A stretch of 58,813 bases of DNA, the filler included. It is 3 parts of 3 records of this genome, joined end to end, with 100 filler letters (N's around TTAATTAATTAA, not from the genome) between each part and the next. Parts side by side here need not be neighbours in the genome. Positions count along the whole stretch, not along the records: positions 27,933 to 48,294 come from DRR378314_340; positions 48,395 to 58,813 come from DRR378314_342; 1 more part is not named here. One strand, given 5' to 3'. The position numbers were made by a program, and so were the translations under genes. The first letter of the stretch is position 1. Each line of letters opens with the position of its first letter. Below, in pieces: positions 46,145 to 55,939 of the stretch. The notes beneath the pieces were generated by a model, which worked only from the letters and a program-made list of their open reading frames with translations, did no database searches and was not told the DNA's origin.

Positions 46145-46275
46145 GGTTCACCCTCCAATCCACTCTGAGATCAGAATACCCTGATCGAAGGCAAAAATGG
46201 GGCGCTCTTAGGTTACTCAGGCGGCCCAAAAGTACAGTTTAGTGTACTTTTGAGCCGTTCCTCGATGCACTTGGC

Positions 46276-47922
46276 CTATCGCAGAACTTTTCCCTCGGGC
46301 CATGAAAGGCGGGTGTTGAGGCTGATAATACGGGTCTCCCCCGGCTGCATTTCCAGATCCCACGCAAGGATGCCGCGCTGCTTCTCAACGTTCTCCTCGC
46401 TCGGCGCAGGGCTGGCGGACCAGTTGATTTCCAGATCCTCCTGCTCGCTGTAAGGCACCTGATCCAGCACTCTCAGGGGCCAGGTGTCGCCGGTCAGGTT
46501 CTCCACCTCGATCTCCGCTGTAAGGTTGCGCTGGTTGCTGCGCGAGATCACGCCGCGCCCGCCTTCGCTCTGATCCAGCAGGTCGCGTTTGATGCGCAGA
46601 CCATCAATGGGGCCAAAGCCCAGATCTGCCTCGGCCTCCGGGGTCAACCCGCCAAAATGCCCGGAGCCGATCAACTCACCATCGACAAAGAACCGGCTGT
46701 TGGAACTGCCCAGCAGCTCCTCCCCGCTGGTGTTGGTCACGCTGGCCATGCGAAAGGCGGTCTGGTCGCGACGCGGCACCGCGCGCGCAGTCACCTCCGC
46801 CATCATCGTCACATCCGGCAGGTTGAGATAGGCAAGCTCCGCCCCGGAGCGCAGCGTCACCGGCGTTTCAAAGCTGTAGGAGACGCCCGCCTCGCTGGTC
46901 ACGGTGCCAAAGCCGCCACCTGCTTCTTCCATCATGACAGGCGCTGCAACCGAGGCCTCGAGAGAATCACTCATGACCCGGCTATCGGAGGAAAACTGCT
47001 GCTTTGCTTCGTAATCGTCCTCGATCCACCGCCGGGCGGGCCACAGCTCGTTTGGATTGATCCGCTGATCCGGTGTCGAGGTAGAGACGCGCAACGCCAC
47101 ATCCACCCAGTCCTCGCCCGTGGCCTGCTGGATCATGATGTCACGACGCAGTGCCACTTGCGGGGCGTCGCCGGTCTTAAGGTTGAACTCGTACGCAGGC
47201 TGCCAAGACACCGCATCCGCCGGGTAGCTTAGGCGCAGCGGGACCGTCACCCCCTCGGCGGCCAGCACATCCAGCGCCAGGAACATCTGCTTCTCGTCCT
47301 GCTGCGACAGCGCCTCAAGCTCGGCCTGGGCCCGCAGCAGCTCAGCCTCAAGCGCTGTCAGGTCCCGCTCAAAGCTGCGTTCCGTTGCTTCGGCACGCAG
47401 GATGGTCTCGCGCGCCTGCGCGGTTTCCTCGCCAATGGTGGTGATAAGGGCGCGCAGCTGATCGGGATCGGGAAGGGCCGTGCCCTCGCCCCGCCCCAGC
47501 TGGGTCAGGAATGCGATCGAGGCCTCTGCCCCGTCCGCGGCCAGTCGCGCCTCTGCCGAGGCGCGGTGCAAGGCGTCGATCTGATCCTCCACCTCCACGA
47601 CGCGGGCCTTGGCGGCCTCGCGCTCTGGTGTCGAGGCATCCTGCAATACCGGATAGCCCTCGCGCATGTAAAGGCCAACACGGCGCACTCCGGGGTGGAT
47701 CACCTGCAGGCCTTCGATCTCGTCAATGAAGGGCATGCCGCCAATCAGGATACGGTGGCGGCCCGCCGGCAGCTCCACCTCCGCGGTGCGCGTGATCAGC
47801 GCCTCGCTGGGGTAGACGGTGACCGCGCTGACGCGGCTTGTGGCCGAGAACGTATCGGCCAGGGCGGTGGTGGACATCAGGGCCGCGGCCCCAAGGAGGG
47901 CGGAGGACAGAAGAACGCGCAT
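46276..47922 (-). CDS. DUF4140/DUF4139 (MuiA-like) exported protein
   Basis: Signal peptide, SAVTVYP..ALITR, central coiled coil, WQPAYE, QATGEDW..LRVST, LGFG, VLDQVP. Confidence 0.9.
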   Translation of the reverse strand: MRVLLSSALLGAAALMSTTALADTFSATSRVSAVTVYPSEALITRTAEVELPAGRHRILIGGMPFIDEIEGLQVIHPGVRRVGLYMREGYPVLQDASTPEREAAKARVVEVEDQIDALHRASAEARLAADGAEASIAFLTQLGRGEGTALPDPDQLRALITTIGEETAQARETILRAEATERSFERDLTALEAELLRAQAELEALSQQDEKQMFLALDVLAAEGVTVPLRLSYPADAVSWQPAYEFNLKTGDAPQVALRRDIMIQQATGEDWVDVALRVSTSTPDQRINPNELWPARRWIEDDYEAKQQFSSDSRVMSDSLEASVAAPVMMEEAGGGFGTVTSEAGVSYSFETPVTLRSGAELAYLNLPDVTMMAEVTARAVPRRDQTAFRMASVTNTSGEELLGSSNSRFFVDGELIGSGHFGGLTPEAEADLGFGPIDGLRIKRDLLDQSEGGRGVISRSNQRNLTAEIEVENLTGDTWPLRVLDQVPYSEQEDLEINWSASPAPSEENVEKQRGILAWDLEMQPGETRIISLNTRLSWPEGKVLR

Positions 47923-47982
47923 GGAAATCACCTGCAGATCAAATCATTGCGCCCACGCTCGCCCGATGCCTGCGCAAAAGCA

Positions 47983-48007
47983 AGGGGCGCCCCGCCGGGA
48001 CGCCCCT
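47983..48007 (-). terminator. Probable intrinsic terminator after asd
   Basis: AGGGGCG ... CGCCCCT hairpin followed by TTGCTTTT on the minus strand. Confidence 0.55.
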
Positions 48008-48083
48008 CATGATCCGATATTGGCCGATTGCCTGATGGTATGTCCCATCCGGGCGTCAGCTCCGTGTCCGTATTGGACGACGA

Positions 48084-48294
48084 TCAGCCCTTCTTCAGAA
48101 CCTCACGGCCCAACAGCTCGGCGATCTGCACCGCGTTCAGGGCGGCGCCCTTGCGCAGGTTGTCGGAGACGCACCAGATGTTCAAACCGTTGTCCAGTGT
48201 CGAGTCCTGACGGATGCGGCTGATGAAGGTGGCAAAGTCGCCGACGCATTCTTTCGGCGTCACGTAGCCGCCGTCCTCACGCTTGTCGATCACC
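48084..48294 (-). CDS. asd: Aspartate-semialdehyde dehydrogenase, C-terminal fragment cut by the contig end
   Basis: FISRIRQD..GLNIWCVSDNLRKGAALNAVQIAE. Confidence 0.95.
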
Positions 48295-48394
48295 NNNNNN
48301 NNNNNNNNNNNNNNNNNNNNNNNNNNNNNNNNNNNNNNTTAATTAATTAANNNNNNNNNNNNNNNNNNNNNNNNNNNNNNNNNNNNNNNNNNNN
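48295..48394. other. Artificial contig-joining spacer
   Basis: Same 44 N + TTAATTAATTAA + 44 N structure as 27833-27932. Confidence 0.98.
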
Positions 48395-48437
48395 CCTTTC
48401 GCGGGCAGGGCCCGCTCCTACAAGGCCCGTTCCCACA
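48395..48437 (-). repeat. GTAG/GTGG-family REP sequence(s) at the contig start
   Basis: Reverse complement reads GTGGGAACGGGCCTT-GTAGGAGCGGGCCCTGCCCGCGAAAGG: GTAG tetranucleotide plus palindrome GCGGGC-CCT-GCCCGC. Confidence 0.8.
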
Positions 48438-48450
48438 AGCGGAGAGCACG

Positions 48451-48978
48451 ATGATGATGGACGCCGACAACGCCACCCTGGTGATGATCGACTATCAGCC
48501 GCGCCTGCTGCCGGCGATCCACCATGGCCAGAAACTGGTGGCCCGGTCGGTGACGCTGGGCCGTATCGCCGCGCTGCTCGACGTGCCGGTGATCGGCACC
48601 GAGCAGAGCCCGGACAAGTTGGGCGAGAACGTACCGTCGATCAAACGGCTGTGCACCGAGACGCTGGCGAAGAGCCGTTTCGACGCCAGTAAAACGCTGA
48701 CCGCCACGGCCCTGGCGGAGCGTCGCCAGGTGGTGCTGTGCGGCTGCGAGGCCCATGTGTGCGTGCTGCAGACCGCACTCGGTCTGCAACGGCTGGGCTT
48801 CGAAGTGTTCGTGGTGGAAGACGCGGTCGGCGCCCGCCGGCGGGCCGACAAAGCCGCCGCGCTGGCGCGTATGAGCCAGGCCGGCGTCACGTTGGTGACC
48901 CTCGAAATGGTTGCCTTCGAGTGGCTCGGCGACGCCGGTCACCCCCGTTTTAAGGACGTTCAGGCGCTGATAAAATAA
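48451..48978 (+). CDS. Isochorismatase-family cysteine hydrolase
   Basis: MIDYQPRL, TEQSP..LG, KSRF, GCEAHVCVLQT, EMVAFEWL. Confidence 0.93.
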   Translation: MMMDADNATLVMIDYQPRLLPAIHHGQKLVARSVTLGRIAALLDVPVIGTEQSPDKLGENVPSIKRLCTETLAKSRFDASKTLTATALAERRQVVLCGCEAHVCVLQTALGLQRLGFEVFVVEDAVGARRRADKAAALARMSQAGVTLVTLEMVAFEWLGDAGHPRFKDVQALIK

Positions 48979-49138
48979 CCTTCACCTGATTTTTACATCC
49001 TTGCTGTAAAGAAACATTGAATGCGGATGACGGCGTCGGCCGGCGGTCGGGACAATACCGCCGATGCCCGCCGCGCCCCGGCAACGCCGGTCACGTCGTG
49101 GCAGTACCTTCGAAAATGGATTCTCGCAGGAGCACAAC

Positions 49139-50059
49139 ATGACCCGTGAAGATCTTTTCCCGACGCGGCATGACCAGCATCATGACCGCTTCCCCCGACT
49201 GGACCCGGTGGTCCACGCCCGTAACCAGGCACGCTGGGAAGGCCCCCTGGACGAAGTAGCTTTGTCGCACTACGAGCGCGACGGCTTTCTGTGGTTCGAG
49301 GGCTTCTTTTCCCAGGAGCGGATGCGCCCGTTCTTCGATGAACTCAAGGAAATGGCCAAGGACAGCGAGCTGATGAAATCCGACCAGTCGATCACGGACC
49401 CGGATTCCGGCGATCTGCGCTCGGTGTTTCAGATGCATGAGATTTCCCGCCGGTTCGATGAACTGACCCGGGACCCGCGCATCCTCGGCATGGTGCGCCA
49501 GCTGTTGGGTGGCGACGTCTACATTCATCAGTCGCGCATCAACGACAAGTTCGGTTTCCAGGGCAGCGGTTTTAACTGGCATTCCGACTTTGAAACCTGG
49601 CACTCCGAGGACGGCATGCCGCGCATGCGGGCCATCAGCGCCTCGATCATGCTCACCGACAACAACGAGTTCAACGGGCCGCTGATGCTGATCCCCGGCT
49701 CGCACCATTACTTCGTGCCTTGCCAGGGGGTCACGCCCAAGGACAACTGGAAGGACTCCCTGAAAAGCCAGCGCCTGGGCGTGCCCAGCCAGGAGAACCT
49801 GGCCGAGCTGGTCGAACAGGGTGGCATCCAGGCGCCCAAGGGGCCGCCGGGTTCATTGCTGTTGTTCGAGTGCAACACCCTGCACGCGTCCAACAAGAAC
49901 CTGTCGCCCTGGCCGCGCTCCAACCTGTTCTTCGTTTACAACAGCGTGGACAACACCCTGGAAGACCCCTACTGCGGCCATCAGCCGCGCCCGGATTTTC
50001 TCGCCAACCGAGACAACACCGAGGCGCTGGCCATGCACGACCACCTGGAACCGCTCTAA
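49139..50059 (+). CDS. ectD: Ectoine hydroxylase
   Basis: Signature FNWHSDFETWHSEDGMP; YIHQSRIN, NGPLMLIPGSH, PRSNLFFVYNSV; AGGAG RBS. Confidence 0.95.
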   Translation: MTREDLFPTRHDQHHDRFPRLDPVVHARNQARWEGPLDEVALSHYERDGFLWFEGFFSQERMRPFFDELKEMAKDSELMKSDQSITDPDSGDLRSVFQMHEISRRFDELTRDPRILGMVRQLLGGDVYIHQSRINDKFGFQGSGFNWHSDFETWHSEDGMPRMRAISASIMLTDNNEFNGPLMLIPGSHHYFVPCQGVTPKDNWKDSLKSQRLGVPSQENLAELVEQGGIQAPKGPPGSLLLFECNTLHASNKNLSPWPRSNLFFVYNSVDNTLEDPYCGHQPRPDFLANRDNTEALAMHDHLEPL

Positions 50060-51000
50060 CCCGGTTGCCGCAGCGCGCCCCGCCTGAGCAGCCGCCACAC
50101 TTCGCTGGCGGCCTGCGACAGCGGATGCGAGCGCAATCGGTACGCGCACGCCGACACCGTCACCCCCGGATCCAGCGGCAACGGCTTGAGGCGGCCTGCT
50201 CGCAGGTCGTCCTCAAGCAGGTTGCGCGGTGCCACCGTCACCGCCCGCCCCTCCCGGCACAACGCCAGACAAGAGCTAATGGTGGCCATCTGAAACTCGG
50301 CGCCGCGACGGGCCAGCAGCAACTCACGGAACCAGGGCGCGATCTGACGGCGGTACTCCGGGGGCACCCGGGGCAGCGCCAGGGGCCGGCCCCTCATAAA
50401 CGCAACGGCGGCGTCGCCGTCCTCAAGGGCGGCCGCCGCCTTACCCACCAGCCAGGAGGCCGGCGCCACCACTTGCAAAGGCAGCTCCACCAGCGGCAGC
50501 TCCTCCACGTCGTCCCGGTCCGGCAACGCCGAGCCTTTGCGCCCGTCGTACACCAGAAAATCATAGCGGTAGGCGTACAACCCTTCGCACAGTGATTGGA
50601 AGTGATCGCTGTGCATCTCCAGCCGCACGCCGGCGTCCATGGTGGCCCGGGACCGTTGCAGCGGCCCGGCCAGGCGCTGGGCCAGCAGGTCCGGCACGAA
50701 CGGCCCGCAGCCGATGCGCACCAGCCCGCTGCGGCCGTCGTGGAACGCCTCCACCAGGCGGTCCAGGCCGGCAGCCTCATCGAGAATCCGGTTTACCTGG
50801 CGGTGCAGGGTCCGCGCCAGCTCGGTGGGACGCAACGAACGGGTATGGCGCTCGAAAAGCGGTGCCCCGGCGCTCTGCTCCAGCCGTTGCAGGCTGCGGG
50901 TCAGCGCCGGCTGCGACAGGCCCAGGGCGCGCGCCGCCGCCGACAGGCTGCCGTGCTCGTACACCGCCCGGAAGCGGGTCAATTCCTGCAGTTGCCACAC
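50056..51000 (-). CDS. LysR-family transcriptional regulator
   Basis: GSLSAAARALGLSQPALTRSLQRLE..LFERHTR; GTG start after GGAG. Confidence 0.93.
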   Translation of the reverse strand: MWQLQELTRFRAVYEHGSLSAAARALGLSQPALTRSLQRLEQSAGAPLFERHTRSLRPTELARTLHRQVNRILDEAAGLDRLVEAFHDGRSGLVRIGCGPFVPDLLAQRLAGPLQRSRATMDAGVRLEMHSDHFQSLCEGLYAYRYDFLVYDGRKGSALPDRDDVEELPLVELPLQVVAPASWLVGKAAAALEDGDAAVAFMRGRPLALPRVPPEYRRQIAPWFRELLLARRGAEFQMATISSCLALCREGRAVTVAPRNLLEDDLRAGRLKPLPLDPGVTVSACAYRLRSHPLSQAASEVWRLLRRGALRQPG

Positions 51001-51027
51001 GGCGGGCTCCTCGGGTCGGTGGGGATT

Positions 51028-51044
51028 ATTAACTCAGTAAGCAT
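51028..51044. promoter_or_regulatory. Candidate LysR recognition box
   Basis: ATT-N11-CAT in the AT-rich spacer between the divergent LysR and sulfatase genes. Confidence 0.4.
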
Positions 51045-51134
51045 AGACTCATGCAACACAGTAATGAATCCCCGGCGCATACTTCCCGCCATGACCGGCC
51101 AACAACAAAAACCGCCTACCACCGGAGAGCCCCG

Positions 51135-52844
51135 ATGACCGAAATGACCCGGCGCACCGTGCTGAAAAACCTGGCCCTGGGCGGCGCCGCCCTGGCCACC
51201 GCGCCTTCATTGAACGCCAGGATCAACCTGCGCAAGCAGGGCCGGCCGAATGTGCTGCTGCTGGTGTCCGACCAGGAACGCTCCTGGATGGACCTGCCCG
51301 GCGGCCTGGATCTGCCGGCCCATGACAAGCTGCTCAACCGGGGCACCGGCTTCAACCAGTACTATGTGAATACCTCGCCCTGCTCGCCCTCGCGCTCGGT
51401 GATGTACAGCGGCCAGCACACCATGCGCACCGGCATGACCGCCAATCTGCACGCGCCGCCGTTTCCCAGCTTCAATCAGGCATTGCCGACCCTCGGCCAC
51501 CTGTTCCAGGAGCTGGGCTACCACACCGCCTACAAGGGCAAATGGCATCTGTCGGATATCGAGGACGGCCCGGGGCTGATGTACGGCAGCTACCCCAGCC
51601 GGGGCAAGGCGCTGGAGCCCTACGGCTTCAGCGACTACAACCTGACCGGCGACGTGCACGGCTCGGTGTGGCAGGGCTACATCGCCGACCGCATGGTGGC
51701 CGGCGAAGCCAGCCAGTGGCTGGTGCGCGACAGCCAGAAGCTGGACAAGCCCTGGCTGCTGGCGGTGAACTTCGTGAACCCGCACGACATCATGTTCTTC
51801 TCCTCCGGCGAGAAGCAGGAGCAGTCACGGGCCAATCCGCGTTTCATGGCGCCGCTGCGGCCGCCGCCGAACGATCCGATCTACAGGAAAGACTGGTCGC
51901 ACCTGCCGCTGCCCGCCTCCTTCGCCAAGGAAACGCTGCGCGACAAGCCCTGGTGCCACCGCTCCTACGCCCAGGTGATCGACAGCATCTACGGCCACAT
52001 GGACAAGAACGACGAAGCCGCCTGGCTGGCCAACCAGAGTTACTATTTCAACTGCATCCGCGATGTGTCACGGCAGGTGGACCATGTCCTGCAGGCCCTG
52101 GAGGACAGCGGCCAGCTCGACAACACCATCATCGTCTACACCGCCGACCACGGCGAAATGGCCGGCGCCCACGGCCTGCGGCAAAAAGGCCCGGTGACCT
52201 ACAAGGAAAACAGCCGGGTGCCGCTGATCGTCAGCCACCCGGACGTGAGCGGCGGCCGCACCGTGGACAACCTGGGCTCGGCGCTGGACCTGGTGCCGAC
52301 CCTGGTGGGCCTGGCCACCGAGGGTAAAACCACCACCGAAACCCCCGGCGTGGACCTGAGCCCGGCGCTCAGCGGGCAGACCACGCAGCGCGACCGGGAC
52401 GGCATCCTGTTCGCCTACGGCGTGCTGCTCTACACCGACCCGGAAGCCACCCAGCGGCTGGCCCGGGAAGGCGACGAGATCACGCCGGTGAAACTGATGG
52501 GCGATTTCCTCAAGCAGCTGCGGCTGGGCCCGGAGCTGGGCAACCGCGGCCTGCACCGGGGTGTCTTTGACGGCCGCTACAAGTTCACCCGCTACTTCAG
52601 CCCGGACAGCCATCACCTGCCCCGGGACTGGGACACCCTGCTCGCCCACAACGACCTGGAGCTCTACGACACCCACCAGGACCCGGACGAACTGGTCAAC
52701 CTGGCGGCGCGCCCGGAGGGCCCGGAGGCGGCGAAAGAGCGCCTGCTGGCCCTCAACGACCGGACCAACCAGCTGATCGAGCAGGAAATCGGCGACGACC
52801 ACGGCGGCGAATACCCCGGGCCTGAATTCCTCTACCGCCTGTAA
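51135..52844 (+). CDS. Tat-exported formylglycine-dependent (Cys-type) sulfatase
   Basis: Tat signal TRRTVLK..SLNA; PNVLLLVSDQ, CSPSR motif, YKGKWHL, NPHD, TADHGEM..HGL..KG, ELYD..DPDE..NLA. Confidence 0.93.
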   Translation: MTEMTRRTVLKNLALGGAALATAPSLNARINLRKQGRPNVLLLVSDQERSWMDLPGGLDLPAHDKLLNRGTGFNQYYVNTSPCSPSRSVMYSGQHTMRTGMTANLHAPPFPSFNQALPTLGHLFQELGYHTAYKGKWHLSDIEDGPGLMYGSYPSRGKALEPYGFSDYNLTGDVHGSVWQGYIADRMVAGEASQWLVRDSQKLDKPWLLAVNFVNPHDIMFFSSGEKQEQSRANPRFMAPLRPPPNDPIYRKDWSHLPLPASFAKETLRDKPWCHRSYAQVIDSIYGHMDKNDEAAWLANQSYYFNCIRDVSRQVDHVLQALEDSGQLDNTIIVYTADHGEMAGAHGLRQKGPVTYKENSRVPLIVSHPDVSGGRTVDNLGSALDLVPTLVGLATEGKTTTETPGVDLSPALSGQTTQRDRDGILFAYGVLLYTDPEATQRLAREGDEITPVKLMGDFLKQLRLGPELGNRGLHRGVFDGRYKFTRYFSPDSHHLPRDWDTLLAHNDLELYDTHQDPDELVNLAARPEGPEAAKERLLALNDRTNQLIEQEIGDDHGGEYPGPEFLYRL

Positions 52845-52928
52845 TTTTTTTGCTTTGCCCTTGGGGGGCAATCCGCCCCGGCCCGGCCTCGCCGGTGTCC
52901 GGGGCACCTTATTCACGGCCGGTGCCGG

Positions 52929-53921
52929 CTATTTTCCGTCCAGCAACGGCTGCCCGGTGCGGGCCGCCAACCACAGCATCACCGCGCCACCGGCGAGCAG
53001 ATACCAGTAGAAGGTGAAAAACCGCCACACCACGATGGTGGTGGCGGTGGTCACCGACGTCAGCCAGGGGTTCAACAGCGCCGCGCCGGCCACCTCGGCG
53101 CCGCCGGCCCCACCCGGCAGCAGGGTCAAATGGCCGGCCCCCATCGCCACCATCTGCACGAAGAAGCCGTACACCCAATCCAGATGCTCGCCCAGCGCCA
53201 GCACCGCGACGTAGATCACCGAATAGCGCAGCAGCCAGTGGCAGAGGCAGAGGGAAAACATCAGCAACAGGCGGCGGCGCGGCACCGCCAGGGTTTCTTC
53301 CAGGCCGCGCCGGAAACGCAGCACCGCCCGCGCCAGACGCAGACGCCGGCGCCGGCGCAGCCCCAGCCAGGCGAGAAAGTCCCCGGACCCGATCAGCACC
53401 CGGCGCTGGAAACGGGCCAAAAGCCCGACCCCGGCCAGGGCGGCCAGCATCAGCGCGAACGGCACCGCCACCTGCCACCAGGCGGCCAGATCCAGATAGC
53501 GGGCCAGCCCGTACAGGGCCACGGTGGGCAACAGGGCCGCGAACACCAGCAAGTCGGTGAGCTGATCCACCGCCAGGACCGCCGTGGCCTGCGCCGGTGC
53601 CACACCGTGCCGGCGCAGCAGCGCGGCCAGGGTGAAAGGCGCGCCGCTGCCGCCGGGCGTGGCGTTCAGGGTGAACTCGGTGGCCATCACCGTGGCCACG
53701 GCGGCGCCGTGGCCCAGGCCCGGCGCCCGGCCATTGAGCATCAGCCGCAGCCGCCAGGCGTTGAGGTTCCAGCACACCGCGATCATCGCCACCAGCAGCG
53801 CCAGCCAGCCCACCGGCACGGTTACCAGCCGTGCCAGCACCTGCTGGCCGCCCAGCACAAACGGCACCGCCGCGCCGACCAGCAATGCCACCGCGAACAA
53901 CCAGCGCCAATGCCGCGTCAT
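52929..53921 (-). CDS. LPG-synthase-TM/MprF-flippase-like (UPF0104) membrane protein
   Basis: Multi-TM; NAWRLRL, NATPGGSG, LPGGAGGAE, VWRFFTFYWYL. Confidence 0.88.
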   Translation of the reverse strand: MTRHWRWLFAVALLVGAAVPFVLGGQQVLARLVTVPVGWLALLVAMIAVCWNLNAWRLRLMLNGRAPGLGHGAAVATVMATEFTLNATPGGSGAPFTLAALLRRHGVAPAQATAVLAVDQLTDLLVFAALLPTVALYGLARYLDLAAWWQVAVPFALMLAALAGVGLLARFQRRVLIGSGDFLAWLGLRRRRRLRLARAVLRFRRGLEETLAVPRRRLLLMFSLCLCHWLLRYSVIYVAVLALGEHLDWVYGFFVQMVAMGAGHLTLLPGGAGGAEVAGAALLNPWLTSVTTATTIVVWRFFTFYWYLLAGGAVMLWLAARTGQPLLDGK

Positions 53922-54703
53922 AGCGATTCGGATCCGCTCGCCGGCAGGCGCTCATTCTCCATCAGCCACTGGGCCTTGCTGACACAACGGCGCTGTTCGC
54001 TGAGTGCATCGATGGTGCGCCGCCAGAAAGCGCGGCTTTCCGGGTGACGCAGGTCCACCGGATGCAACGCCAGCCGGATCACCGGACGGTGCTGGAAGCG
54101 GCGCAGCCGCGCCTGGTTCAAGCGCTCGAACCAGCGCCGGCGCCAGGACGAACGGGACGACATCACCACCGTGGGCAGCGGCAGCCGCTCGCCGTCGGCC
54201 AGGCGGTACAGGGCGCCGGCGTCGGTGCGGTAGTCGAAACCGGCGGCACGGATCGCGCGGCGGCTGGCTTCATTGCTCAGCCAGCCCGGCGGCACGAAGC
54301 CGCTGACCCGCCAATCCTGGCGGCGGCAAAGCGCCAGACCGTCGCGTATGCGGGCGTAGGCGGCGGCCTCGTTGAGGGCGGAGAATTCCCCTTCATGGGT
54401 CAGTATCCGGCGGCGGACCCATTCCCGCGGGCCCTTGGGGGTGGGGCCGTCGTCGCTGTGCGACCAGCCGTGCAGCACCAGCTCGTCACCGGCGGCCTGG
54501 CGCTCGGCCATGGCCCGGCAAAACGCCGGTGAACGCTCGGCGGGATCATGGCGGTGGAAATCCGGCACCACCAGCAGGGTGCTGACCAGCGACGCCGGGC
54601 GTTGCAACTCGCGCACAAACGACTGGTACAGCGGCCAGCTGTGCGGGGCCACATCGTGCAGCGATAATATAAAGGCCCGTTGGGTATCAGGAATGCGATT
54701 CAT
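53918..54703 (-). CDS. Polysaccharide-deacetylase-like protein (DUF2334/CE4-like)
   Basis: LSLHDVAP, LLVVP, LVLHGWSH, EGEF, GFVPPGWL, RLALHPVD. Confidence 0.88.
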   Translation of the reverse strand: MNRIPDTQRAFILSLHDVAPHSWPLYQSFVRELQRPASLVSTLLVVPDFHRHDPAERSPAFCRAMAERQAAGDELVLHGWSHSDDGPTPKGPREWVRRRILTHEGEFSALNEAAAYARIRDGLALCRRQDWRVSGFVPPGWLSNEASRRAIRAAGFDYRTDAGALYRLADGERLPLPTVVMSSRSSWRRRWFERLNQARLRRFQHRPVIRLALHPVDLRHPESRAFWRRTIDALSEQRRCVSKAQWLMENERLPASGSESL

Positions 54704-55820
54704 GGGTGGATGCTAATACCGGCTGCTCGTGATCGCCAAGGACGCGCCGGTAGTGACCGACCAGGCTCTCCGCCACCGCATCCCAACTGTGCCGCGTTTC
54801 CACATGGGCACGGGCGCGCCGTCCCAGGGCCGCGGGATCGTCATGTTCAAACAGGTCGCGCACACCGGCGGCCATGGCGGCGCCGTCGTTGGGGCGCACA
54901 TGGCGCCCACAGTCACCGGGCACCACTTCCGGCAAGGCGCCGGCGTCCACGCACACCACCGGCAGGCCGCTGGCCATGCCTTCCAGCGCGACCAGGCCGA
55001 AGGTCTCCTGATCGCCGGCGTGCACAAGCGCGTCGGCGGCCGCCATCCAGCCGGCCACTTCCGGCGTCTGGCAAAACTCATGGATCACCGACACATTGGA
55101 CGGCGCGTCCGGTTGCAGGCCGGTACCGATCAGCAGCAGATGGTAGTCGGGCCCCAGCCTGCGCATCGCTTCGAGCAATACCGGAATATTCTTCTCCTGG
55201 GTGCCGCGTCCGGCGAACACCAGCAGGTGCTGGTCCTCGGAGAGGCCCAGCGCGCGGCGGGCGTTGGGCTTGGCGCGCTGTGGCTGGAAGGCTTCCAGGT
55301 CCACGCCCAGCGGTTGCACCTCGACCTCACCGATACCGCAGCGGTGCAACTGCTCCGCCATCACGCGGCTGGGGCTGAGGACCATATCAAAGCCTTCGTA
55401 GAGGCGTTTTATATAGGCCCGGGTGCCCGGATCCAGAAAGCGGCCGACGCGATGATGAACCAGAGTGAACAGATCGGAGTGGTAAAAACCCACCGACGGC
55501 ACGTCCAGCAATCTGGCCGCCCGCTGGGCCGCCCAGGCGGGCGTGTACGGGTCGCCGGCTTCGATCACGTCCGGCTGCAGGCCGGCGATGATGCTGCTCC
55601 ACAAGCCCAGACGCAGCGGGAAACGAAAGCCCGGCGCCAACGGCAGGGGCATCGCCGGCAGGGACACGAAGTCGCCGTCGAAGAACACGCGCGAGCCGGG
55701 CATCACCACTTTGTGGCTGGTGTCCCCACGTCGCAGCAACGCCTGGCGCTTGCCGTCAATGTAGGTACGCACGCCACCGCTGGCCTGGGTGTAAAAAAGC
55801 GTGGTATCAAGAATTCTCAA
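54687..55820 (-). CDS. GT4-family glycosyltransferase
   Basis: SGGVRTY, GFYHSD, PLGVD..F, FAGR..EKN, ETFGLVALEGMASGLPVV; TTG start after GGGAG. Confidence 0.93.
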   Translation of the reverse strand: MRILDTTLFYTQASGGVRTYIDGKRQALLRRGDTSHKVVMPGSRVFFDGDFVSLPAMPLPLAPGFRFPLRLGLWSSIIAGLQPDVIEAGDPYTPAWAAQRAARLLDVPSVGFYHSDLFTLVHHRVGRFLDPGTRAYIKRLYEGFDMVLSPSRVMAEQLHRCGIGEVEVQPLGVDLEAFQPQRAKPNARRALGLSEDQHLLVFAGRGTQEKNIPVLLEAMRRLGPDYHLLLIGTGLQPDAPSNVSVIHEFCQTPEVAGWMAAADALVHAGDQETFGLVALEGMASGLPVVCVDAGALPEVVPGDCGRHVRPNDGAAMAAGVRDLFEHDDPAALGRRARAHVETRHSWDAVAESLVGHYRRVLGDHEQPVLASTHESHS

Positions 55821-55939
55821 GCGGTTCTCCCTTTCCCACTTGGTGCGGTGCCGCCGTTACCGACGACCCTGATCATCGTCAATAGCGGGTGAATAAGCCT
55901 AAGATAGCATTGGCAACGGAAAGCTCACCGCCGACCTTG

